In this document: positions 36,050 through 47,462 of the stretch, in pieces | How positions within the stretch are numbered: the stretch's first letter is position 1 | Layout of the letters: each line of letters begins with the position of its first letter | Assembly: GCA_052426225.1 (NCBI GenBank) | Contig: JBNJNM010000014.1 | Location: 496,001-560,000 of the forward strand | Source of the DNA: Zancudomyces culisetae HAW-14-8 | Taxonomy: Eukaryota > Fungi > Kickxellomycota | Length of the DNA: 64,000 bases | Direction: 5' to 3' | Translations under genes and position numbers: made by a program | Notes under the pieces: model-generated | Database searches by the model: none | What the model was told of the DNA's origin: nothing | The model's input: only the letters and a program-made list of their open reading frames with translations

Positions 36050-38290
36050 ATGGATCAGGAAACAATACAGCTATTCGAAAATGTTCTTAAGAGCAAAAAG
36101 TACCTGGAAAAGGGAAGAGAAACTCAAAAAACAAGGCAAAACAAACTGAATTCACTATTGTCACAACAGAATTTGCCAGACGAAGGCTGGGACGAGGCGG
36201 ATATACTGTGGGTTTTGGATCAGCTGGCGAGTATGGACACCAACAACCAGAAAAGTAAGTTTTTTCTATCCTTTTCTTGCTTTTCTCTTCCATTTTTTTT
36301 CTAGATATTTAGCACTAACAATTCACAATAGAACCCATATTAATTGTATAAAGTTATCAACAACAAAGTTTAACAAAAAAAAACTCTGTACTTCTGAATA
36401 TCTTTTATTCTGACTATTTTTTTTTTCAAAAACAAAACCAAAAAAAGATCAAGTCGGTGTAGGTGAAAGAGAGGGAAGAGTTATATGTCCGATAGTGCAG
36501 AGAAGGCATTTTTAGTAAAACACGAGTTTCAATAGTTATATCATATACAAGCACCAATATCGATAAATATAATTTATGGAAGGTTAATGCGGACAGAACT
36601 AAACTGGTATGTAATGGAATGAAACATAGCCTTTCACATGGTATTGGGCGATCTGGCGATATTACGGAAATACAACCCAAAGCTGTTGGGTCTTCTATTC
36701 TCTACAAGTTGACAAACAAGCTGATTCTGGGAACATTAAAAATAGCTGGTACCTTTTTTTCTTTCTTATAAAAAAACCTAGTCAAATGTAACATTAGTGA
36801 ATACACATTCAATATTTGCACCAAAGAAAAGCCAATAATACCACGATACCTACTCTGTACATAGGAATATCCAAAAAGGCAGCTAAATCTGCCGTTGCAT
36901 TTCCAATGGCTACAGGAATGACACTCAGTCTGTGTATGCAAACAATAAAAAAAGTGTACAGACCAGAGTCAGGAAAATATGTATTGTGGATGCGGATCGA
37001 CCAAAAGTCGTGTTTTAAAGCAATATTCACTGCAGGATTAGTTCCAGTAGTAATAGAAAATATACTAGAGGGACAAGAAATAACAACAAATTTGGATTTG
37101 CTCGAGTCAAAAATCAATACACTGGGAGACAAGAATATAGTTTGTGTATATACCACCACATCGTGCTTTGCACCTCGAAGGCCAGACAAACTAGTTCAAG
37201 TAGCCAAGCTCTGCAAAAAGTATGAAATTCCGCATTTGGTAAATAATGCGTATGGATTACAATCAAAGCGATGCATGGGGCTGATCAACGAAGCTTGTAT
37301 CAGCGGAAGAGTGGACTGTTTTGTATTTAGCACTGACAAGAATTATTGTGTTCCGGTTGGAGGCGCAGTAGTCGCTGGTCCTAATCCAGAGCTGCTTGGC
37401 GAGATTTGCAAGATGTACCCAGGTAATTTTTAAACGTTTGTGGTTTGCAATTTTTGTGTATTTGATGAGGGAAAAAGAAGGGGTTATGGTTTTCATAGTC
37501 AGTTGTCAATATATTTTAATAGAAGAAATATGTGTTTCATAGGAAGGGCATCTGCAAGCCAAAGCATCGACGTCTTTACTACACTACTATACTTGGGAAA
37601 GCAAGGATTTAAGCAGCTTCTTTGTGAAAGGGAGGTAAGTATTGGTTTACAAGCAGTACCGCCTTTCGGTTGGTGATAAAGCTTTTATATACGTGCTCAA
37701 AGTATTTTTTATACCCGTTAAAGTTCTTACTGGTATGATATAATTATTTTAAAAAATAGGATTCCTTTCAGGAAATGAAAAGAGAGATAATAAAAAGATG
37801 CGAGCCCTTGGGAATAAAACTGCTGGACACACCAAACAATGACATTTCTATGGGTAAGGACTACGATACTAATTTGTAGATATTCATAAATCGTAATACC
37901 AAAATAACTTTAGTTGGATGTAACAATTAAAAGTAAACACATTGATAATACTTGAGCGGAGAAAATAAAAAGTACAATATAATAATTCCTTGACAACTTG
38001 TTATGTTCTTAGCTCTGTCATTGGAACAATATGTTGAACAAGGATCTTTTCTAGGATCCAAGCTCTTTTTGCGGAATGTATCGGGAGCAAGGAGCGTAAT
38101 ACCAGGCGATTCTAAAACGATTGAAACTCAATCTTTTAAAAACTGGTGTCAACATATCGACAACTACAATCCTAAATCCTTAACAGAGGAGGCGATTCCT
38201 TATTTAAACGTTGCTGTAGCAGTTGGATTTGACAAGAAAGATATTCATGGATTTATTGGCAGGCTGGAAGCTGTCCTAAGAGATAAATAA
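36050..38290 (+). CDS. SEPSECS: O-phosphoseryl-tRNA(Sec) selenium transferase / selenocysteine synthase (7 exons: 36050-36254, 36448-36514, 36630-36748, 36865-37422, 37543-37634, 37760-37853, 38013-38290)
   Basis: Spliced motifs [98 protein letters not shown] (PLP lysine) [40 protein letters not shown]; all six introns GT-AG and frame-preserving. Confidence 0.95.
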
Positions 38291-38294
38291 ACCG

Positions 38295-39806
38295 TCAAAC
38301 CATTTCGACTCGATTATCCCAAATTGATAAGACGCGGTCGATTACATTTTCGAGATATTCAGGTGAGTTTGCATCTATTTTTAGAGGGTTGGGTGGGATT
38401 TTCAGATCAAAATATGGGCCATAGTGTTCTGCAAACTTGTGTTCAGGAATCGTACCCGTTTCAGGATTAAGTTCATAGTCAGCTAGCAATGCTGTGAGTG
38501 TTGTCCAGCATTTTGCAGCGTTAGTATTTGCATAACCACCTCCACCAAGAACTAATAGTTTTTTGTTTATCGATTTTGCAATAAAACATTGTTTTAGAAA
38601 TCTGACGACATGTATATAAGAGTTTTCTGAAAGGTTCCAGGCATTTGTAGGGTCGCCGTTAAGCCCATCACAGCCACATTGAACCACAATCATTTCTGGA
38701 TCATAATCAGCCACTAAGGTAGGAACGATTCCGTCAAATGCTGTTATAAAGCTTGCATCGGTTAGATTTGAGTTCAATGGAATATTTAGTGAATAGCCTC
38801 TACCATAATTTTTACCAAACCCATCCACGTCTTCAAGCCCACCAGTTCCAGGAAAAAAAAATACGCCATCGTGGTTATGAATTGACACAGTTAATACGCT
38901 TTGACTGTATAAAAAGGCATTTTGAACTGCATCGCCATGGTGGACATCTAAATCCAAGTACATGACTCTATCAAACAACTTTTTCTTTTGGATGTGCAGC
39001 AGCCCAATGACTATATCGTTTACATAGCAAAACCCACTGGCTTGCCTACGCCTGGCATGGTGTCTGCCACCCTCCCAATTTAACGCTATCTGCATATTTT
39101 CGTTATTCAATAATTCGTCAATCGCTGTAAGTGTTCCTCCAACTACCTCTAAATTGTATTCCCAAACATGTTCAAAAATTGGGCAGTCGTATGCTAGTCC
39201 GTAGTCTGATATTTGCTCTTCAGATTCACTTGACGATTCTTCTTGTTCTATCAGTTCTGCGTTTTCTAGAAACTCTGAAAATATTTAACAAAGGTGCAAA
39301 AAAAAAGGGGGAGGTGTTAGGGTTGGTTGTGGGAGGGGGGGGGAGTTGAATTATATTTTCATGTGTTTGTTGCTGTTAATATCTTAAAATTGTATATACC
39401 TATATAGTCCTTGGAGTGATACAGCAATAGTTCACGTTTATCTGCTAATCGTGCTGGCTTGGTTTTTAGTTTCCCACTATTTTAAGAATATTCTTTTTAA
39501 TAAAGCTACAGATCTGGTGTTGGCCGAAATTATAAAAAAAAATTGAAACGTAGGAGATAAGTTATATTAAGTAGTACTTTCTTACCATTTCTGGATCCCA
39601 TATGCTTGTATCAAACTGTGTACAAAGCTTGACTACGTATTGTAAGTAGAGAAAAAAAAGTGTGAAAAAACATGGTACAGAATAAACATAGTGTATTTAT
39701 ATTAGCCAGATATGGAAATGTGGGGATGGTTGATTACTCTATGTAGGTTTGATGGTAACAGATCGGCTATTTCGCAATTTTTTCTTGGCTGAACAAGAAC
39801 CACCAT
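38295..39806 (-). CDS. Class I histone deacetylase, Hos1/HDAC8-like (4 exons: 39806-39738, 39632-39586, 39476-39400, 39274-38295)
   Basis: ADLLPSNLHRSSFVHSLIQAYG, YHSKDYIEFL, YGLAYDCP, NWEGGRHHA, ASGFCYVNDIV, YLDLDVHHGDAVQNAF, FFPGTG, QCGCDGLNGDP, LGGGGY. Confidence 0.92.
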
Positions 39807-42800
39807 TTCTACTTTGTTCTTTGATTTTTGTTGTTATTTGAAGCGGTATTATTTTTCATACATAAACAGTATATTTAATTTTTTAGATTTATGCAAACCT
39901 TGAACGAAATTAAAATCGGCTATTGTAAACAAAAAAAATTATTTTTATTTGTCCAATTGGGTTAATTTCCTACAGTTTTAGTGATTTTTATTTGCAGAAT
40001 TGACTCAGAAGTTAATTTTTGATCAAAACTAAGAATCGATTTTCATATGACTAGCCAATGGTAGGCCTGTTTTTGTTTACTATAATTGTTTACTATTTTA
40101 TTTTTTGATTAATTTTTTATTCAAACTTTCATGACCCTATAATTAGATAATACTAGCGGATGACAGAGTTAGAAATTGGGTGGATACACAAATGTATGTA
40201 ACAATGTTGCATTAAAAATAGATTTGATATTTATACATTTCTATTTATATTATGACCGAAACAAACACCTAGAGAGCATTTATCGGCGTATATTGTCAAT
40301 AGTTTCCGAGGAAAAGAAACTCGAGTTGAGTATGATTAGTTTCGGCATATTGCGTGCAAAAAAATAATAAAAAAATATTTTTGCAATTTTGGAAAATCTA
40401 CGAAAAGTGACGAATTACAAAGTTAAAATCATAAATAAGCGCAGTTTTGAGATACCAATGAATAAAGTTTATTTGATAGTATGATTTAGAGCTGGCACGC
40501 CATTTTCGTAGTATCAATTTGGTTATAATGTCAGGCTAATGTAGCACTGGAAAAGAGTAGGAGGGGGGGAGTGTGTATCACTTTTTTTTGAATCAGTTGC
40601 TAGTACCGCATTTAGACATTTCTAAAAATATAACTATTAAGTACACTGATTTAAACTATAATACCAAACGACGATTGGCACTGGTGGTGCAGATGATCCG
40701 TAGCTCAAAAAACGTTGTAGGTTTATTAAAAAAAAGAGAAAGGTAGAGGATATTTAGTACAGCTAAATAAAAGGAAAGGCAAGTGAATGATGCAACAAAT
40801 TGATTTGTATGCTGCATGGCATCCTTTCAACATAATTAGTCTGTGAGTGTTGATGTTTTATTATTACTCTCTCACTTTATCATTTATTTTGAAACCTGCA
40901 TATATTGGTAATAGAGAAGGTCGATTTAGCGAAGATGGGGGAATGGAACTAAAAATATTATTTATTAAAAATATTTTTTTTTGTTTTAGGTTAGGGTTGT
41001 ATAAACGTTATTCGACTTTATAACCAGCAAGCGATTAAGATAAATATGGTCCAAAAGACATTTGTAAAAGAAAGCTATAAGAAGCAAGGATAGATAAGGG
41101 AGGTTAAGGGAGGAAAGATGTATTTGATTCAACAAAAGAAGAAAATGGGTATATGAATTACACATTGCTTGTTATTAAAACAATGTAATCGCTTCAATAC
41201 TTTCGATAAATATGAATATGGGGAAAATGGAAATTGGAAATTGGAATGGGATTGAATATATTATCCAAAAAAAAGGGAATGTGATGAATCAAGTTGGAGA
41301 TTTTATAAACAATTACCAAATCGCAATGACAATGGTCAGAAATGCACCCGAAAAAAAAAGTTTAATTAAAAAGTCATGATGGAGATAGAGGGGTTAGGGA
41401 GGGGGAGATAAAAATATGGGGATGAAAAGGAAAGGGAGGGGAGGAATAAGTGAGAGGGTTAACAATAGAGTAGTTAAATTAAGCCGGCTAGTATTGGGTA
41501 AAAGGGAAACTGGGTATGGATGAGTCTTTGTATGTGATCTGCGTTTTACAATAGCAAAATAGTCACAACATACTTTGCAAATATACAGGAAAAGCATAAC
41601 CAAGAGGTAAATATGTAGTTTTATAGATATCGGATAAAAAAAAGAGACAGAAGGTTTTATGGTAAAGTATGCTGGTGTTTGTAATTATGGTTGAATTAAT
41701 ATTGAAATTGATACTTTTGCACTCCGCGGTTTTAGAAATGGAAAAACAATAAGGATTATCGCTATTTTCTTTTGCGTAAAAAGTTGGTAAATGGTATTCA
41801 TTCAAGGGAAATTGTTTTTTATTACTAAAAAATGATACGTGGAAAAGCAGGCAAATAAAAGCAAAAAAAAAAGTATAGTTGAAAGAGTATTATTCAAGGA
41901 TAAAAGAAAGGAGGGAAGTGGGAGAGGAGGTTATGATTTAATATGAGAATAGAGAAAAGTGAGGATGAAGATAAAAAAAGAGAGATAATTTTGTGTAATG
42001 GATAAAGAGGGCTTGTGTGTAAAATATGCTTGTAAAAACCAAAACTGATATTCATTTTACAAAGTTCATAAAGCTTGTGGTTATTAAAACAAGTAATAAA
42101 AAAATTAAAAAAAGCGCAATGTTTGTTACGAAATATTAGTTTTAATTGCTTGCGTTTTGTTATTGTGGAAAATAAAAGGGCGTCAATAAAAAGTGATATG
42201 ATAAAAAAAAGCAAGTAGAACATAATGAGATTTTACAGGTGTAAATGAGAATTTTAAGGAACACTAACAAAAAAAAAAGAAAAAAAAGGTAAAATAACTT
42301 TGCGCCAAAATTCATTTGAAGAACGTGAATTAAATTCAACGACGATTATGGAAAAATATAAATTATTTTGTACATCAAAAAATTATAAAGATAGTAGGGT
42401 GATTTGATGGCAGATAGAGAAAACAAAGATAGTGCTGGGATGATGATGAGGAGAGGGGAGGGAGTGATGGAAAGAGAAGAAGAAAATGAAAATGAAAAAG
42501 AGGGAGGGGGTGGCGCTGAGGAAAGTGGTGAGAGAGACGTGGTTGAGCTGTTGGATCTTCAAAAACTGGATAGAAATATGATAATTTTATTTTTGTACTG
42601 ATAGTTGCGTTTTAAATAAATAACACTAATTTTAGAGCCAAAATAGGCCAGGAAAAAATAATATAATTGTAGTGATGTGAAAAAGGAAAATCCATTTCCT
42701 AAGTATTGTAAACCAAATGAAATGAGACTAAAAAATAAATTCCGCCATTTCAATACCAATTAAAAAGAAAGGTGGGTAGTTAGAGAGAGAAGGTGAAAGC

Positions 42801-43849
42801 GAAAGTAAGAAATATGAGAATAGGGTTAGGACGAGAACGGAGGGGAAAAGGGGAGGGATAAGGAGGAGGATGTACAGATTGGAGAGAGATATTTTATTTC
42901 GTTGAATATGCGTTCTAGCATTTGGAACTATTTAATTAATATAGAATTTCATGATTAATACAATAATCAATAAAATGATGAAATAAATGTTTGTATTTGG
43001 CGTTACAAAAATAATAAAACGGCAAAAAAAAAAAAGGATCCTATTAAAAAATAGTAAATACAAGTATTTGGAAAAAGAAAAAAAACTGTTAGTAAAAAAA
43101 AAAAGCAATAAAACAATGTATTGGTGATACTTGTATTGCACGTTAGTGTACCTTTATAAAAAAAATCTCGAACGAAAAAAAAAAAGTTTTTCAAAACATA
43201 TTGTAAGGAGAGTAGTTGCTAATTCAAAAAAAAGGGGGAAGCAACTTACTAGAGAAAAAAGAAAGACAATAAAAGAGATTTAGATTTATAACGAGATATC
43301 TGAATGACAAGGTTTTACAAAGTGTTGTTTGGTGTTTTTATCGAAAATCGTTAAAACAAAAATTGCATAGACAAATTGATACTGTGAAATCATTGGTATA
43401 TATAGAAGGTTCTTGGAAGTGAAATCAAGAGCTAATAGAAATATATATAAAAAGAGAAAGATACTAGAGTAAGTATAAGACAAAAAAAGGCACAAAGGGA
43501 TAAGGATTTGAATAAAGCGTGGAATATATTTATACATATTAAGTTGTATAACAAATATAACGGTATCACAATTAATTTGTCACGTAATTTCGGATAAACA
43601 GGGAGAAAATAAAAAGAAAAACAAAGGGAAAGCAAGGAAATAGGAAGAAAAAAAAGTGTACTTGTAATTTATACCCATACCCGTATCAGTACTTGTACCT
43701 GTTCCTGTGGGTTGAATGTATATGTATGTGTGAATGTGCATGAACCTAAATGTAGTGTTGCTGATCAATAGGACAATAGTATTATAGAGATAAGAGGATT
43801 TTACAAGGTAAAAAAAAGAATTGACGATAACAAGAGAAATAGAGAAATA

Positions 43850-46738
43850 ATGGAAACTGTTGGGGCAGGGGGGCGAAATGGAGGTATATATAGTGCAGTG
43901 TATTCGGGCGTAAAGGTGTATGAGACAGTGTGTAGAGGAGTGGCTGTGATGAAGCGGCAGACAGATTCATGGCTGAATGCAACACAGTTGTTGAAGGTGG
44001 CAGGAATAGATAAGGGAAGAAGGACCAAGATTCTAGAGCGAGAGATTTTGAAGGGGGTGCATGAGAAGGTACAAGGAGGATATGGCAAATATCAAGGAAC
44101 ATGGATTCCGTATGACAAGGGGTTAGAGCTGTGTGAAAAATATGGGGTGATGCAACATCTCAAAGATATATTGGAGTATGGGCCATCAACGGTGGAAGGA
44201 ATAGACCAGACACCGACAAAGGCACAGCTAAAGCGGCAGATGCTGGCGGAGCAGAAGCTGAGCGCACGGCAGAACCCGTCGATAATAAAGAAGAAGAGAA
44301 AGGAACAGGGTGTGGTAGGGACGGCAGAAGCGCAAGGGGCAATGGTGAATGGATATGTAGGGGCAAATGTAAAGAGGAGTAGACATGAAGAGAAGTATGG
44401 TGGAGCGGGAGTAGGAATGGTGATGGATAGCGAAAATGGAAACAATAGGCTAAAAGAAGAGAACAACGAGGGGTATGAAATGAATATATACAGTTTAAAC
44501 AAACAATACATAGGTCGAGCTGGGCGACCAAATGGGGTGAAGGATACAGACAGCAAGAAACACGATAGAGAAGGGCGCCGGCCACGGCTGGGAAAGTTTG
44601 GTGAAGCGGCGGGACGACAGGAGGACGAGGACCGACGAGCGCAGGACCAGCTAGTGATGATGGAGATATTTATGGACGAGCGGCCAAACTACGTGCCGGA
44701 GTGGCTCGCACGAGGCGGCGAAGGGATCCAAGTAGATTTAAATGTGATAATTGATGAGTACGGACACACGTCAGTTCATTGGGCAGCGGCACTGGCAAGA
44801 ATCGAGGTGTTGGATTTGTTGTTGGCAAACGGAGCAGATGCAAAACGGTTAGATTATGATGGAGAATCAGCACTGATCAAAGCGGTGCAGGTAACCAACA
44901 ACTACGAGACACAGGTATTCCATGAACTGCTAGAACTACTACACGACGCAATTCCGCTGACAGACAAAAGCAACAAAACAGTACTGCATCACATTGCAAA
45001 CACAGCAGGAATTGCAGGCCGCGGCAACGCTGCTCGCTACTACATGGAGTGTCTGTTGGCTTGGATTACACGGCTGGCTGGTGGATTTGTAGTCGACAAC
45101 TCATCAGCTGACACTTACTCAGCCTCCAAAAGCTACAAGCACGCTTTGTTTGCCACTCCTGCATCTCAGCGCCGCAAACTGACGGGCCGGCCATCCGCAG
45201 ACACAGAATATTCGCCGGCAAACAGAGATGCGCCGTCAGCTGACCTGGCTGCGTTTCTGGATCTACAGGATGCTAATGGCGACACTGCGCTTAACATCGC
45301 GTCTCGTGTTGGCGACCGAGCGATTGTGCAGCTGTTGATGTCTGTGGGAGCTTCTTCTACCATTCCAAACAACTCGGGTCTCAGGCCTTCTGATTTTTGG
45401 GGCGCCGACACGCCCTACGACTCTTCTACAACCCTGCCTCTTTCCTCTGCCAAGAAGACTCCGATTGTCAATTCAAATGTTACCACAACTTCTGTTCGAT
45501 CCACTGGAAGCAACCGCCAACTCTACAAATCGCATCAACCTTATGACTTTAGTTCTTTGACTACTCCAAATTCTATACGCTACTCTAATACTCGTGGTAG
45601 TAGTGATCCTCGCAACTACTACCATAGAAAGAGTGCTGAACCTCCCAATCCTTCGTTTACCTATCCTACCACTACCCCTGCTGCCATTCATTCTTCTGCT
45701 CACAGTTCCAACACTTCCAGTGCCACCAGCACCAAGAGCATTCCTCTTTCCTCCAAACCCCTTACCGACCCAAAAGAAAACCGCCGCCTGTTTTATCCCC
45801 CAAACCACTCCCACCTTCGTACCTCTTCTTCTTCCTCGCAATCCCTCTCCACCCTCAATTCTATTCGTGCCTTAGTCAGCGACCTGGATCTCGAATTTAG
45901 ATCCGAATTGAATTCCAAAAACGACCAAATCAAGGCCCTGAAAGACCAGCTCGACTCTCTCAATGCCCAGCTGGCTGACCAGAGAGATGTGTTTAGGAAG
46001 CACGCTGACTCTCTTGTACTGGTTGACCAAATGAAGCAGCAAGTCGCTTCCCTCGAGTTCCAGTTGGACCAGATCAAATCCTTTGACCCATCCCTTTCTT
46101 CACCCCATTCCCATTCCCATGAATTTGTTTCTTGTCTCAACTCACTTCTCAACACAAATTCAAATAATGTTCATGACTTGCTTGAAATGCTGACTGTACC
46201 TAATATTCTGGCCAGTAAGAACAGTCCTTCCGCAGGTGATTATCATCGGATTATTGAAAATCTATCCAATCTCGTCTCGCTTGTTGTCAAAGACAATGTA
46301 CAAATGAAGGACTCGTTGTCACTTCTTCAACTGAACAGACAGAATCTAAACCAAGCACTGAAAATATGTTTAGACGAAAAGTACAACGAAGATGGTGCTG
46401 GCAATGCACAGCTTGATGACAGCCAAGCAAACGGAGTGGGGAGTCCAAAAAACATTTCTACAAGCAGGAATGGTCAGTCAAACTCTGGAAACGCAAACGC
46501 AAACGCATTTGCATCCAAGTCATCAGAGCGCTGGCTCGAGAAGCTTGATCAACTTGTATCTTCTTTTGTTAGTAGTAATACAAGCGATGCCAATGTCGGT
46601 ACCAATCCTGCCACTATTAATAACGCTATTGAGCAGGATAATACTTCTAATGATAATGATGATATTGGTACAAACTCTGCATCTCGGAAAAAGTTGAAGA
46701 GTGCACTTGTCAATTTGGTAAATATAATAGATAGCTGA
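43850..46738 (+). CDS. G1/S transcription factor, Mbp1/Swi4/Res family (APSES/KilA-N domain, ankyrin repeats, coiled coil)
   Basis: IYSAVYSGVKVYE...WLNATQLLKVAGIDKGRRTKILEREI..HEKVQGGYGKYQGTWIP; IDEYGHTSVHWAAALAR; QDANGDTALNIASRVG. Confidence 0.95.
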   Translation: METVGAGGRNGGIYSAVYSGVKVYETVCRGVAVMKRQTDSWLNATQLLKVAGIDKGRRTKILEREILKGVHEKVQGGYGKYQGTWIPYDKGLELCEKYGVMQHLKDILEYGPSTVEGIDQTPTKAQLKRQMLAEQKLSARQNPSIIKKKRKEQGVVGTAEAQGAMVNGYVGANVKRSRHEEKYGGAGVGMVMDSENGNNRLKEENNEGYEMNIYSLNKQYIGRAGRPNGVKDTDSKKHDREGRRPRLGKFGEAAGRQEDEDRRAQDQLVMMEIFMDERPNYVPEWLARGGEGIQVDLNVIIDEYGHTSVHWAAALARIEVLDLLLANGADAKRLDYDGESALIKAVQVTNNYETQVFHELLELLHDAIPLTDKSNKTVLHHIANTAGIAGRGNAARYYMECLLAWITRLAGGFVVDNSSADTYSASKSYKHALFATPASQRRKLTGRPSADTEYSPANRDAPSADLAAFLDLQDANGDTALNIASRVGDRAIVQLLMSVGASSTIPNNSGLRPSDFWGADTPYDSSTTLPLSSAKKTPIVNSNVTTTSVRSTGSNRQLYKSHQPYDFSSLTTPNSIRYSNTRGSSDPRNYYHRKSAEPPNPSFTYPTTTPAAIHSSAHSSNTSSATSTKSIPLSSKPLTDPKENRRLFYPPNHSHLRTSSSSSQSLSTLNSIRALVSDLDLEFRSELNSKNDQIKALKDQLDSLNAQLADQRDVFRKHADSLVLVDQMKQQVASLEFQLDQIKSFDPSLSSPHSHSHEFVSCLNSLLNTNSNNVHDLLEMLTVPNILASKNSPSAGDYHRIIENLSNLVSLVVKDNVQMKDSLSLLQLNRQNLNQALKICLDEKYNEDGAGNAQLDDSQANGVGSPKNISTSRNGQSNSGNANANAFASKSSERWLEKLDQLVSSFVSSNTSDANVGTNPATINNAIEQDNTSNDNDDIGTNSASRKKLKSALVNLVNIIDS

Positions 46739-47462
46739 GTGGAAGGAAGGGGAAAAGAAAAAGAAAAAGAAAAAGAAAAAGAAAACTACAATAGTAAATA
46801 AGAAACATTGAGCATAAATTATCAATTAAACTTTTCATTCCATCTAGCCTGGAGAGGGGAGGGGGGGGGGGGAGGAGTGTTTATTACACTTGTTTTTTAA
46901 TATGATATAGCCTAGTATAGTACATTGATAAACCGAGTAAAAATAAATATATCTTTATTTATTCTGATATTTTTTCATTATACCACATTTTGGTAATACT
47001 ATCAAGAATAAAAAAGTAACTATATCAGTTTACCAAAAGGTCATGTAATAATTATGCTGTAATGTAATGTATATTTTCTTCAATGGATGTCCGAGTTATT
47101 GGTCTAATCGATTCCTATTTTTTTTGATGATTTTGAATCGAAAATTTCAAACTTTTTTCTTTTATTTTTTCTTGCATTCAATTTAAAGAAAAAAAAAATT
47201 TTTTTTTTACCAATAATACTAATTAGAGCAAAAGAGTTTAAAGAGCAAAAAAAAATAAATCGTATATATTTGAATGAAAATTTTTTTTTATATTCCAAAT
47301 TTCATTTATAAACTTGCAATTATACAGTAAGAGAATAGAGTGGAATCAAGTGTAGAATTTAAAAAAGGGGAAAAGGATACAATCGATATTTGCTAAACGT
47401 GTAATATTAATTTGGTTTACAAGGGATTAACAAAGAAAAAGACAAAAGAAAAAGATAGAAAA

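Noticed and set aside
36749-36864. SepSecS intron 3 (GTACCTTT) as a U12 intron
   Set aside because: Does not match RTATCCTT and has no CCTTRAC branch site near the acceptor
6804-38290. URM1, tRNA and SepSecS as a sulfur/selenium tRNA gene cluster
   Set aside because: About 29 kb apart with unrelated genes between; the tRNA is Met, not Sec
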